Source of the DNA: Candidatus Micrarchaeota archaeon
Lineage (GTDB): Archaea > Micrarchaeota > Micrarchaeia > Anstonellales > Anstonellaceae
Direction of reading: 5' to 3'
Assembly: GCA_026396415.1 (NCBI GenBank)
Contig: JAPLWX010000040.1
Location: 25,439-89,438, forward strand
DNA length: 64,000 nt
Every line of letters begins with the position of its first letter. Position 1 is the stretch's first letter. Under the pieces are notes generated by a model, which worked only from the letters and a program-made list of their open reading frames with translations, was not told the DNA's origin and made no database searches. The translations under genes and the position numbers were made by a program. Of this stretch, positions 55,822 through 64,000 are shown one piece after another.

Positions 55822-55919
55822 GCCTCGCTCTTTTTGGCCATGCCGCAGGACAGCAAGCTTTATATTTCCATCACACCATCATTTAACACAACATATATTA
55901 CTGCTACGCGGTGCAGCCT

Positions 55920-56372
55920 ATGGACCCAAGCATGGCAAACGAAATGCAGCAGATGGCGGACTCTCTCATAATCAGGGCAAGGACGGGGGCGCAATGCAAA
56001 ACCGCAGCATCAATCTGCGTGACCTCCATAGGGCCTTCCGCGCTTGAATACCTCACGCGCAGCCTCGACCTGGCAATGCTTCACTGCGAGCCCAACGTCT
56101 CCATTGCGCTTGGCATGGCAATCATCGAAATCTGGGAATCAAGCCCCCAAGGCCTTGCAGTTGCAAAAAACAAGGAAAAAATACGCAGCCTCTTCTGCGA
56201 GCGCCCATCGCGCATCGACCCGGCAATAGACATGGTGCGCTATGGCCTTCTTTGCGCGTCAGGGAAATGCGCCCGCCGCCGCGCATCCGAGGATTTCCTG
56301 CGCGGGCCTGCGGACACGCGCGCGAGCGTGAACGCGGCGCAGGCGCACAGGCTCAAGATGCTGAGGAATTAG
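55920..56372 (+). CDS. hypothetical protein
   Basis: About 150-aa helical ORF (open from GTG 55911). TATA-like tttatatt at 55859-55866. Confidence 0.5.
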   Translation: MDPSMANEMQQMADSLIIRARTGAQCKTAASICVTSIGPSALEYLTRSLDLAMLHCEPNVSIALGMAIIEIWESSPQGLAVAKNKEKIRSLFCERPSRIDPAIDMVRYGLLCASGKCARRRASEDFLRGPADTRASVNAAQAHRLKMLRN

Positions 56373-56405
56373 CCGTTCATATGCCGCAGCACAAAGGTAA
56401 TTGCG

Positions 56406-57071
56406 ATGGTCACTGATAACGAAATACAATACGCCCATGCGGTCCTCACGAGGTTTCTTGTTGCTTACGAGCGCGACAAGGCGGGCGGCGTTGCCGCAGG
56501 CGGAGCTATTGCAGATATGGGCAAAGAGCTTGCTTCCCTTCCAGGCGCATATGCCGCTCTCAAGAAAGCACAGGCAGACGAGGCAGGCGGCGTTGGAACG
56601 CTAGCCACCCTGGAGGCTGTCTTCCTGTATGTCGCCACAGACAATCTCGCTTTCTTCCATGCAGAACTTGCCGCATTTGAAATGTACAAGGCAAATCCCG
56701 CCCATGGCTGGCAGGAAAAGAAAGCGGCAATCCAAGATCTTCTTGAGGCCTTCAAGCGCGCGGACGACAACGACAGGATCAGCAAAATGTCCGGCATACA
56801 TGGCGAGATTGTGGCAATGGGCAAAGAGGCTGAAAATCCAGGGGAAATATACAAGGCGATAAACGAGTTCGCAAACAAGGTGCCCGACCTGAAGGAAACC
56901 CTCCTGATGTATATCGCGCAGATAAGGCGCGCCCGCAGGGAAGCCAGCCTGAACAGCGCCGCAATGGAGCGCCTTGCCGGCATGAGGAAAAACCAGCCGA
57001 GCAGCAAGGACATCTTCCCGCCAAAACAAGCGCGCATCCCGCCTGGAAAACTCCCGATGTGCAGCAACTAG
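56406..57071 (+). CDS. hypothetical protein
   Basis: 221-aa helical ORF. No motif recognised. Confidence 0.5.
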   Translation: MVTDNEIQYAHAVLTRFLVAYERDKAGGVAAGGAIADMGKELASLPGAYAALKKAQADEAGGVGTLATLEAVFLYVATDNLAFFHAELAAFEMYKANPAHGWQEKKAAIQDLLEAFKRADDNDRISKMSGIHGEIVAMGKEAENPGEIYKAINEFANKVPDLKETLLMYIAQIRRARREASLNSAAMERLAGMRKNQPSSKDIFPPKQARIPPGKLPMCSN

Positions 57072-57179
57072 CCGCTTGAAAAACCGGGCAAGAATCAGCT
57101 GCCTCGCCTCCAGCCTCCGCGCCCGCCATCCAGGCCCCGATGCTCCCCTGCCGTGCTTGATGCCGCCAGCCAAACCTCC

Positions 57180-57767
57180 CTACTCCCCTGCCGCCGTCCC
57201 GCCGCTTGCGCTTTCCGTCGCGCTCGCCTTCTGCCAGTCTTCCTCAAAAACAGAAACAAGCTCCGCCACTTTCGCGCCCTCCACCTCCACTGCCGCCTCG
57301 CGGTTGTAGTTCAGCGCGCTTTCCGAGAAATTAATGCTGCCCACCAGCGCGCGCTTGCCGTCCACAATTATGAATTTCGAATGCGTGAGCTTGTAGGAAA
57401 AGCTCGCCCACCGGCCATCCACGCCAAGCGCGGCAAGCGTGTCGAACATCTTCTGCTTTCGCGAATCCTCCACGCGCGGCTCCAGTATCACGCACACCTT
57501 CACCCCGCGCTTCACGGCATCGCCAAGCTCGCGCGCCATTGTGTCCGAGGTGAAAACATACATCTCTATGTCAATGCTTTCGCGCGCAGAGCGGATGAAG
57601 GAAACGACCTCGCCTTCCGCGCCTGGCGAGAAAACCATGGCAACCTTTGCATTGCAGCCAGCGCACGCGGCTGGCGGCAAGAGTGCGATGTAAAAAATGA
57701 GGATGGCGGCTAAAATCAGGAGTAGGCATATTGCGGTTTCTTTCATTCCCCATTCTGTTTTTCCCAT
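57180..57767 (-). CDS. phospholipase D-family (HKD) protein, Nuc-like, N-terminally anchored
   Basis: Single HKD motif HSKFIIVDGKRALVGSINFS. N-terminal hydrophobic helix. Confidence 0.8.
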   Translation of the reverse strand: MGKTEWGMKETAICLLLILAAILIFYIALLPPAACAGCNAKVAMVFSPGAEGEVVSFIRSARESIDIEMYVFTSDTMARELGDAVKRGVKVCVILEPRVEDSRKQKMFDTLAALGVDGRWASFSYKLTHSKFIIVDGKRALVGSINFSESALNYNREAAVEVEGAKVAELVSVFEEDWQKASATESASGGTAAGE

Positions 57768-57787
57768 ATTCGTACGCCAGCAGCTTT

Positions 57788-60700
57788 CTACTTCTTCCCA
57801 TACTCGTCAATCCGCTCAAGCGACTGCGTCTTTCCGTGCGAGTGCTCTATCGCCTGCACCAGCGCCTCGCACGCCTCGAAGTTCGTGATGCACGGGATGC
57901 CGTGCTCCAGGCACGCGCGGCGTATCCTAAAGCCGTCCGTGCTTGCCACCTTGCCCTTTTTCGGCGTGTTGAAGACGAGGTGTATCTTTCCCTTCTTTAT
58001 CTCCGATATGATGTTCGGCTCGCCATCGTCTATCTTCTTGAGCATGATGATATTCTTGCCAAGGTGCGTCGCAGTGGAGGGCGTGGCATAGACCTCAAAG
58101 CCCATTTTCTGGAGCACCACTGCAAGCGGCGCCGCGCGCTCCTTGTCGCCGTCCTTGAGGGATATCGCGACCCCGCCGCTCTCGGGGATTTTCAGGTTCG
58201 CGCCCAGGAGCGCCTTCATGAACGCCATTGGGAAATGCACGTCCGCGCCCATGGATTCGCCGGTGGATTTCATTTCCGGGCCAAGCACGGTGTCGCTTCC
58301 GGGAAGCTTCAGGAACGGGAACACCACGCCTTTCACGGCATAGTGCGCCATCTTCGGCATGTCTGCACCAGCGCCGATGTCCTTCAGTTTCTTCCCCATT
58401 ATCACCTGCATGGCAAGCTTCACAAGCGGCACGCCGGTCGCCTTTGAGAGGAAAGGCATGGTCCGCGAGCCGCGCGGGTTTGCCTCAAGCACGAAAACAA
58501 CGTCGTCCTGCACCACGTATTGTATGTTGATGGCGCCCACGGTCTGCAGCGCCAGCGCGATTTTCTCGGAGAAATCAAGTATCTGCTTCTGCACCTCCTT
58601 CTTCAGCCGCACGCAGGGCACCACGTTGTTTGCGTCGCCCGAGTGCACGCCCGCCCTCTCCACATGCTCCATTATGCCGCCGACAAACAGATGCTCGCTG
58701 TCGGCAACGCCGTCTATCTCGCACTCGATTGCGCGCTCAATGTACTTGTCAATGAGCACGGGTTTTTTCTCCGAAACATCCACCGCCTCGCCGATGTATT
58801 TTTTCATCTCGTCATTATCATAGACAATCTGCATGCCCCTGCCGGCAATCACGTAGGAGGGGCGCACCACAATGGGGTAGCCAATCCTTTCCGCAACAGC
58901 AAGCGCTTCCTCCAAATTCGTGGCAGTGCCGTTCTCAGGCTGGCGGATGCCAAGCTCGTGCAGCAGCACCTTGAATTTCTCCCTGTCCTCGGCAACATCA
59001 ATGCCGTCCATCTGCGTGCCAAGTATCCTCACGCCGTTCATGGACAGCTTCTGCGCAAGGTTTATCGAGGTCTGCCCGCCGAACTGCACCACCACTCCCT
59101 CGGGCTTCTCGTGCTCGATGATGTTCATCACGTCCTCGTAGGTGAGCGGCTCGAAGTACAGCCTGTCCGAAGTGTCAAAGTCCGTGCTCACGGTCTCGGG
59201 GTTGTTGTTCACCATGATGGACTCTATCCCCATTTCCCGCAGCGCGAACGCCGCGTGGCAGCAGCAGTAGTCGAACTCAATGCCCTGCCCAATCCTGATA
59301 GGGCCGCTGCCGATGATGAGCACCTTGCGCGCATCGGTGGGCACGCTCTCGTTCTCGCTTTCATAAGTGGAATAGTAATACGGCGTCCTTGCCTCGAATT
59401 CCGCAGCGCAGGTGTCCACCATCTTGTAAACGGGCAGCACGCCGTGCTTCTTCCTCATCTGGCGCACCATCTCCGCCTCCTGCCCGATGACAGAGGCAAT
59501 CTGCTCGTCCGAGTAGCCCATCCTCTTGGCATCAAGCAGCACTTCCCTTCCGAACACTTCCCGCTTCAGCCGCCTCTCCACGTCCACATAGTCGGCAAGC
59601 CTGTCCAGGAACCACATGTGTATGTTTGTCATCTCGGAAATCCTTTTCCTGTCCCAGCCCGCACGGAGCGCGTCGAGTATGGCGTACATCCTAAGGTCGG
59701 TTGGAGCTGTCATGTGCCGCTCCCAATCCGCCTTTTCCACTTTTGCCTTTTTCATCTCCACAGAGCGCAGCGCCTTGCCAAACGCCTCCTCAAACGTCCT
59801 GCCTATCGCCATTGTTTCCCCGGTGGACTTCATCTGCGTGCCAATCACTCGGCTGCTCTCAGGTATCTTGTCAAAAGGCCATCTCGGAATTTTCACCACG
59901 CAATAGTCCAGCGCAGGCTCGAATGCGGCGGGCGTGGTCTTCGTCACCGCGTTCTTTATCTCGTGCAATCCCATGCCCAGCGCAATCTTGGCAGCCACCC
60001 TCGCAATGGGGTAGCCTGTTGCCTTGCTCGCAAGCGCGGAGGAGCGGGACAGGCGCGGGTTCACTTCCACTACGACATACTCGCCAGTTTTTTGGTTGAG
60101 CGCGAACTGTATGTTGCATCCTCCCTCGATGCCAAGCGCCCGGATAATCTTTATCGCCGCGCTTCTGAGCATCTGGTGCTCGTCGTCGGAAAGCGTTTGC
60201 GATGGCGCCACCACCACGGACTCGCCGGTGTGCACGCCCATGGGATCCACGTTCTCCATGTTGCAAATCGTGATGCAGTTGTCATGCCCGTCCCTCATCA
60301 TCTCGTACTCGAACTCGCCCCAGCCAAGCACCGATTCCTCGACAAGTATCTGGTGCGTGGGGGAGAGCGTGAAGCCAAGCTCGAGAAGCGCCTCGAATTC
60401 CTGCTGGTTCCTCGCAATGCCGCCTCCCGTGCCCCCCAGCGTATAAGCAGGGCGGAGAATGAGCGGGAATGGGTGCTTCTTCGAGAATGCGTACGCCTCC
60501 TTCTTGCTGTTCGCAGCCACGCTGTCAGGTATCGGCTCATTTATCTCCTTCATGAGCTGCCGGAATTTGCCCCTGTCCTCGGCCTTCTCAATCGCGTCGA
60601 TGCCGGTGCCCAGCAATTCCACGCCGTATTTCTTCAGCACGCCCTTCTCGTGCAGCTCCACCGCCAGGTTCAGCCCTGTCTGCCCGCCCATGGTGGCTAT

Positions 60701-60958
60701 GATGCCGTCAGGCTTCTCCTTCGCGATTATCCTTTCGATGAAATCCGCGCGCAGCGGCTCAATATATACTATATCCGCTATCTCCTTGTCCGTCTGGATG
60801 GTGGCAGGGTTGGAATTCACCACCACCACCTTCACGCCCTCCTGGCGCAGCGACTGGCATGCCTGCGAGCCCGAGTAGTCGAACTCGGCAGACTGCCCGA
60901 TGACAATCGGCCCGCTGCCAATCACCAGCACTTTCTTGATGTCCGTCCTTTTTGGCAT
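57788..60958 (-). CDS. carB: carbamoyl-phosphate synthase large subunit
   Basis: 1056 aa. N-terminus MPKRTDIKKVLVIGSGPIVIGQSAEFDYSGSQA. Duplicated ATP-grasp halves. Confidence 0.95.
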   Translation of the reverse strand: MPKRTDIKKVLVIGSGPIVIGQSAEFDYSGSQACQSLRQEGVKVVVVNSNPATIQTDKEIADIVYIEPLRADFIERIIAKEKPDGIIATMGGQTGLNLAVELHEKGVLKKYGVELLGTGIDAIEKAEDRGKFRQLMKEINEPIPDSVAANSKKEAYAFSKKHPFPLILRPAYTLGGTGGGIARNQQEFEALLELGFTLSPTHQILVEESVLGWGEFEYEMMRDGHDNCITICNMENVDPMGVHTGESVVVAPSQTLSDDEHQMLRSAAIKIIRALGIEGGCNIQFALNQKTGEYVVVEVNPRLSRSSALASKATGYPIARVAAKIALGMGLHEIKNAVTKTTPAAFEPALDYCVVKIPRWPFDKIPESSRVIGTQMKSTGETMAIGRTFEEAFGKALRSVEMKKAKVEKADWERHMTAPTDLRMYAILDALRAGWDRKRISEMTNIHMWFLDRLADYVDVERRLKREVFGREVLLDAKRMGYSDEQIASVIGQEAEMVRQMRKKHGVLPVYKMVDTCAAEFEARTPYYYSTYESENESVPTDARKVLIIGSGPIRIGQGIEFDYCCCHAAFALREMGIESIMVNNNPETVSTDFDTSDRLYFEPLTYEDVMNIIEHEKPEGVVVQFGGQTSINLAQKLSMNGVRILGTQMDGIDVAEDREKFKVLLHELGIRQPENGTATNLEEALAVAERIGYPIVVRPSYVIAGRGMQIVYDNDEMKKYIGEAVDVSEKKPVLIDKYIERAIECEIDGVADSEHLFVGGIMEHVERAGVHSGDANNVVPCVRLKKEVQKQILDFSEKIALALQTVGAINIQYVVQDDVVFVLEANPRGSRTMPFLSKATGVPLVKLAMQVIMGKKLKDIGAGADMPKMAHYAVKGVVFPFLKLPGSDTVLGPEMKSTGESMGADVHFPMAFMKALLGANLKIPESGGVAISLKDGDKERAAPLAVVLQKMGFEVYATPSTATHLGKNIIMLKKIDDGEPNIISEIKKGKIHLVFNTPKKGKVASTDGFRIRRACLEHGIPCITNFEACEALVQAIEHSHGKTQSLERIDEYGKK

Positions 60959-60972
60959 GTTTTCACTCGCGT

Positions 60973-61323
60973 TTATTTTTTGTCAATCTTTTCTTTTTTC
61001 CCTGTTTTCTTCGCCTTTTTGTCAAGCAAATGCACAAGAGCGCAGGCCAGAAGGTAGGATATTGCAATGTTAAATGCAAATGAAACCATGATAAGCGGAA
61101 TGTTGGGTTGATAGTTGCTGGGATAGAAAAAGGCTTGCGAAGCAGCAACGAGCTCTAGCTGGCTATTGTATGGAACACACCGCATGGAGCCGCCAGGGCC
61201 GCACTCAACATATGCTTGATAAGCAAGCACAGGGGCAAATAATGATAATGCAAATATTACGGCGGCAGCAATCACTTTCTTCCAGCTCGGTTTCAAAAAT
61301 TCCTTCCATTCCATGCAAATCAC
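60973..61323 (-). CDS. small membrane protein between carA and carB
   Basis: 116-aa ORF with two hydrophobic helices and a Lys-rich tail. AT-richer than the flanking car genes. Confidence 0.45.
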   Translation of the reverse strand: MICMEWKEFLKPSWKKVIAAAVIFALSLFAPVLAYQAYVECGPGGSMRCVPYNSQLELVAASQAFFYPSNYQPNIPLIMVSFAFNIAISYLLACALVHLLDKKAKKTGKKEKIDKK

Positions 61324-61333
61324 TCAACAATCG

Positions 61334-62464
61334 TCAAATCATCGCAACAAACCTGTCGAACAGGTATTTCGAGTCGCACGGGCCGGGATTTGCCTCGGGG
61401 TGGTACTGCACCGCGAATATGGGCAGCTCCCTGTGCGCGATTCCCTCCACCGTGCCGTCCGTGAGGTTGGTGTGCGTCACGCGCCACTCCTTCCCCAGCC
61501 CTTTCTCATCCACGGCATAGCCATGGTTCTGCGTTGTTATCACGACTTTCTTCTCCCTCAGGTCCATCACGGGGTGGTTGCCCCCCCTGTGCCCGAACGG
61601 GAGCTTGTAGCATTTTGCCCCCGCAGCCTGCGCGAGCAGCTGGTTGCCAAGGCAAATCCCGAAAATCGGCAGATGGAAAAGCTTCTTCAGCTCCTCGGAT
61701 TGCTTCGCAAGCATGGCAGGGTCGCCAGGCCCGTTGGATGCCATTATGCCTTTTGGCGAGAATGCGAGGATTTCCTCGGCGCCTGTGTTCCACGGCACCA
61801 CCACGACTTCCACGCCGCGCCTGTTCATCTCGCGCACCATGCCCATCTTCACGCCATAGTCTATGAGCACCACCCTCTTGCGCCCCTTCCCATAGCTTGT
61901 TGCCTTTCCCACCGACACTTTCTCCACGAAATTGATTTTGGAATAGTCAAGCGCGCGCGCAAGCTTCAGCATTTCCTCCTTTTCCGCCGTGCCGTCCCCC
62001 TTCTCAAAAACAGCGATGCATGCGGGCATCACGCCGCTTGAGCGGATTTTCCTCACCACTGCGCGCGTGTCCAGCCCCCAGATGCCCGGCACGCCCTCCT
62101 CCTCCATCCTCCTCTGCAGGCTCTTGGCGCCCTTCACGTGGCGCGGCTCGCGGCAAAGCTCGCGGATGGCATACCCCTCCACGTGCATTTTCCCCGACTC
62201 GCACCAGTCGCGGCACATGCCATAGTTGCCGATAAGGGGGTATGCCATGGTGAGTATCTGCCCTGCATAGGAAGGGTCGGTGAGGCATTCCTCATAGCCT
62301 GTCATGTTGGTGGTGAAAACAGCCTCGCCCACGCGCCGCGCGCTCGCGCCAAAACCCCTGCCCTGAAAAACAGTGCCGTCGGAAAGCACAAGGAGTGCCT
62401 GCTTTTCCCCGTCATGCCTCGAGTTGCCTCGGGACAGGAAATTCTTCAGATCCAAAAACACCAA
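61334..62464 (-). CDS. carA: carbamoyl-phosphate synthase small subunit (glutamine amidotransferase)
   Basis: GATase triad context GICLGNQLL and VQYHPE. 376 aa. Confidence 0.93.
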   Translation of the reverse strand: MVFLDLKNFLSRGNSRHDGEKQALLVLSDGTVFQGRGFGASARRVGEAVFTTNMTGYEECLTDPSYAGQILTMAYPLIGNYGMCRDWCESGKMHVEGYAIRELCREPRHVKGAKSLQRRMEEEGVPGIWGLDTRAVVRKIRSSGVMPACIAVFEKGDGTAEKEEMLKLARALDYSKINFVEKVSVGKATSYGKGRKRVVLIDYGVKMGMVREMNRRGVEVVVVPWNTGAEEILAFSPKGIMASNGPGDPAMLAKQSEELKKLFHLPIFGICLGNQLLAQAAGAKCYKLPFGHRGGNHPVMDLREKKVVITTQNHGYAVDEKGLGKEWRVTHTNLTDGTVEGIAHRELPIFAVQYHPEANPGPCDSKYLFDRFVAMI

Positions 62465-62596
62465 AACCCAAGAGTATCTGATGCATGGGAAATGAATTTA
62501 AACCTGGCAGTGCGCCCGTCGTGCAAATGAAAACGTGCTTATGGCGCCCGGATGCGCGCATCCGGCCCTATGTAGTTATCAGTGTTATAATGTGTA

Positions 62597-62604
62597 TTTA
62601 TAAG
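62597..62604 (+). promoter_or_regulatory. TATA box
   Basis: tttataag about 45 nt upstream of ATG 62649. A GGGGGA SD-like element lies directly before that ATG. Confidence 0.4.
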
Positions 62605-62648
62605 CCTTTGCCATCATAATGCATAATAGAAGATATAGGGGGATATTT

Positions 62649-63902
62649 ATGAATAAGGGAATATTCAAGTTTCTCTCCCGCCATGACAAGCCTGAAAATA
62701 GGCAGCCTCTTGCTGATTTTGCAGGCAAGCCGTCCTCTGCCGCCTCACCCCTGAAAGACAATGGATATTATCTCCTTAGCATTAACAAGCCCCGCCAGGC
62801 TGAAAAGGAGTTCTCAACCGCGCTTGCGCGCGTTGATGCCGAGCTTTCAGTTTGCAATGAGGGCGGGAAGAAAACGCTGCTCGCACTCAAGGGCGAAATA
62901 CTCATTGGCTTGGGGCGCGCGCAAAGCCAGCGCAGGCCTGGCGATTCCCAGGCAGATGCGGATGCAACTGCGCTTCCCACATTCAGCGAGGCAATAGACG
63001 CCCTTCGCGAGTCAGGCAATCTTGAAATCCTGGCAGAGGCGCTTGTGCTCCGAAGCGGCGTGCAGGGCGGCAAGCGCAAGGCTGCAATGGGCGACTTGTA
63101 CGAGGCATGCAAAATACTTCAGCCGCTTCCAGGCAAGGCAAATCAAATAGAGGGCATGGCGCGCGCCTACGTTGAAATCAGCAAGGAATACGGAGAAGCT
63201 CCCATCCAGGAAAAGGCGCTTGAAATTCTGGCAATGCTTCCGCAGGATGACGAATGGGTGAAGGATAAAATCAGCGAGGCAAAAGGCTTGCTGGGCGATG
63301 CCATTGCCGCGAAGGAAAACGCAGCGCCAGCGGCAATACAGCTCCCGACCTCCGACCCGGCGCAAATCATCCCCCTCCTTCTCCGGATGGTTGCCAAATC
63401 GGAGATTGACGCCCACGCCCCGAAATATGCAAACGGCATCCCTGTGAAGCTCGAAGGGAGGGAAGATATCTTTACGGTCGTGCTTAACGGCCCCATCCCA
63501 AAAAATGCGATATTCGTACCATTCAATGCCGAGAAAGAGAAAGGCAGCCCTGTCCCGGAATACCTGCGCCGCGAGCATCTTGAATTTCAGGATAGGCTTG
63601 AAGACTGGAAGAACCGCAGCTTCATGGAATCCATCGACCCGAAGAACCGGCGTCAGGAGCTGCTGGACTTCCCGGAACCAAAGTTTGACGTCTCGAAGCC
63701 AGGCGCTGCCTCCCCATTTCTGCTCGACGGCTTGCGGCTGGTGCCGCAGGCAGACGTTCTTGCGAAAACCGACCCGAAAGCGGCTGCCGGAATTTACCGC
63801 CAGGCGCTGGAAATTTTGAGTAAAGCGAAGGAATACGGGGTGGTTGCCGAGCTGAAGCGGCGCATAGAGGATAAAATCGCCGGGTGCGGCGGCAAGCCAT
63901 AA
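62649..63902 (+). CDS. hypothetical helical (TPR-like) protein
   Basis: Start placed at ATG 62649, because ATG 62619 is too close to the TATA box and 62649 has an SD-like element. No specific motif. Confidence 0.55.
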   Translation: MNKGIFKFLSRHDKPENRQPLADFAGKPSSAASPLKDNGYYLLSINKPRQAEKEFSTALARVDAELSVCNEGGKKTLLALKGEILIGLGRAQSQRRPGDSQADADATALPTFSEAIDALRESGNLEILAEALVLRSGVQGGKRKAAMGDLYEACKILQPLPGKANQIEGMARAYVEISKEYGEAPIQEKALEILAMLPQDDEWVKDKISEAKGLLGDAIAAKENAAPAAIQLPTSDPAQIIPLLLRMVAKSEIDAHAPKYANGIPVKLEGREDIFTVVLNGPIPKNAIFVPFNAEKEKGSPVPEYLRREHLEFQDRLEDWKNRSFMESIDPKNRRQELLDFPEPKFDVSKPGAASPFLLDGLRLVPQADVLAKTDPKAAAGIYRQALEILSKAKEYGVVAELKRRIEDKIAGCGGKP

Positions 63903-64000
63903 TCTGTTCCAATAGCCCGTGCCCCCCTTTCAGCCTTGCGCCCTAATGCCGTTTTATTAAATTTCCGCCATGAAATGGGTGCATGGCACAATCCCTCCGC

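Noticed and set aside
1-64000. tRNA, rRNA, CRISPR arrays and C/D-box sRNAs.
   Set aside because: I inspected all intergenic spacers longer than 60 nt by eye. I found no cloverleaf-like arms with a T-loop GTTCRA, no rRNA-like stretches, no regularly spaced direct repeats and no RUGAUGA...CUGA pairs. A covariance-model scan (tRNAscan-SE or Infernal) would be the decisive check.
63970-64000. Possible start of another gene (ATGAAATGGGTGCATGG...) after a ttttattaaattt element at the window edge.
   Set aside because: Only about 10 codons are visible, which is too little to support a call.

Overview
This is an archaeal chromosomal window. The evidence is family-D DNA polymerase DP1/DP2, topoisomerase VI B/A, an archaeal-type NMN adenylyltransferase, a class-III-signal pilin and palindromic TTTATAAA TATA boxes. 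Coding DNA is GC-rich and intergenic DNA is AT-rich. I call about 55 protein genes and saw no tRNA, rRNA or CRISPR array. All family calls come from motif recognition by eye; no searches were run.

Recognisable content:
- polB-polC, a KH protein and an MFS transporter.
- top6B-top6A, with top6A interrupted by a 546-aa LAGLIDADG intein in the Toprim DxD motif.
- pyrD-pyrK-pyrC, carA/carB, purH, NMNAT and FKBP.
- Two MBL hydrolases and two transglutaminase-like envelope proteins.
- A surface-protein, pilin, PrsW and TPR-AAA neighbourhood.
- A degraded PIN gene convergent with an RHH gene.

The main hunt result is a 13-kb minus-strand cluster at 40157-53285, organised as two operons.
- Its core is a double AAA+ ATPase, a small radical SAM enzyme and two large ORFans.
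- Five helical-repeat proteins in the cluster share a gap-free N-terminal motif, W-x8-P-[IV]-x-K-x2-P-x7-R.
- Both operons sit behind near-identical promoters of the form TGTGTGT-N40-ACACACA centred on the TATA box.
- I could not assign the cluster to any known system.

Secondary results:
- An 81-bp duplication of the top6A 3' end, with all five differences synonymous, brackets a 1.16-kb AT-richer single-gene insertion.
- The DP1/DP2 gene junction is triplicated.
- The top6B tail is duplicated in frame after its stop codon.
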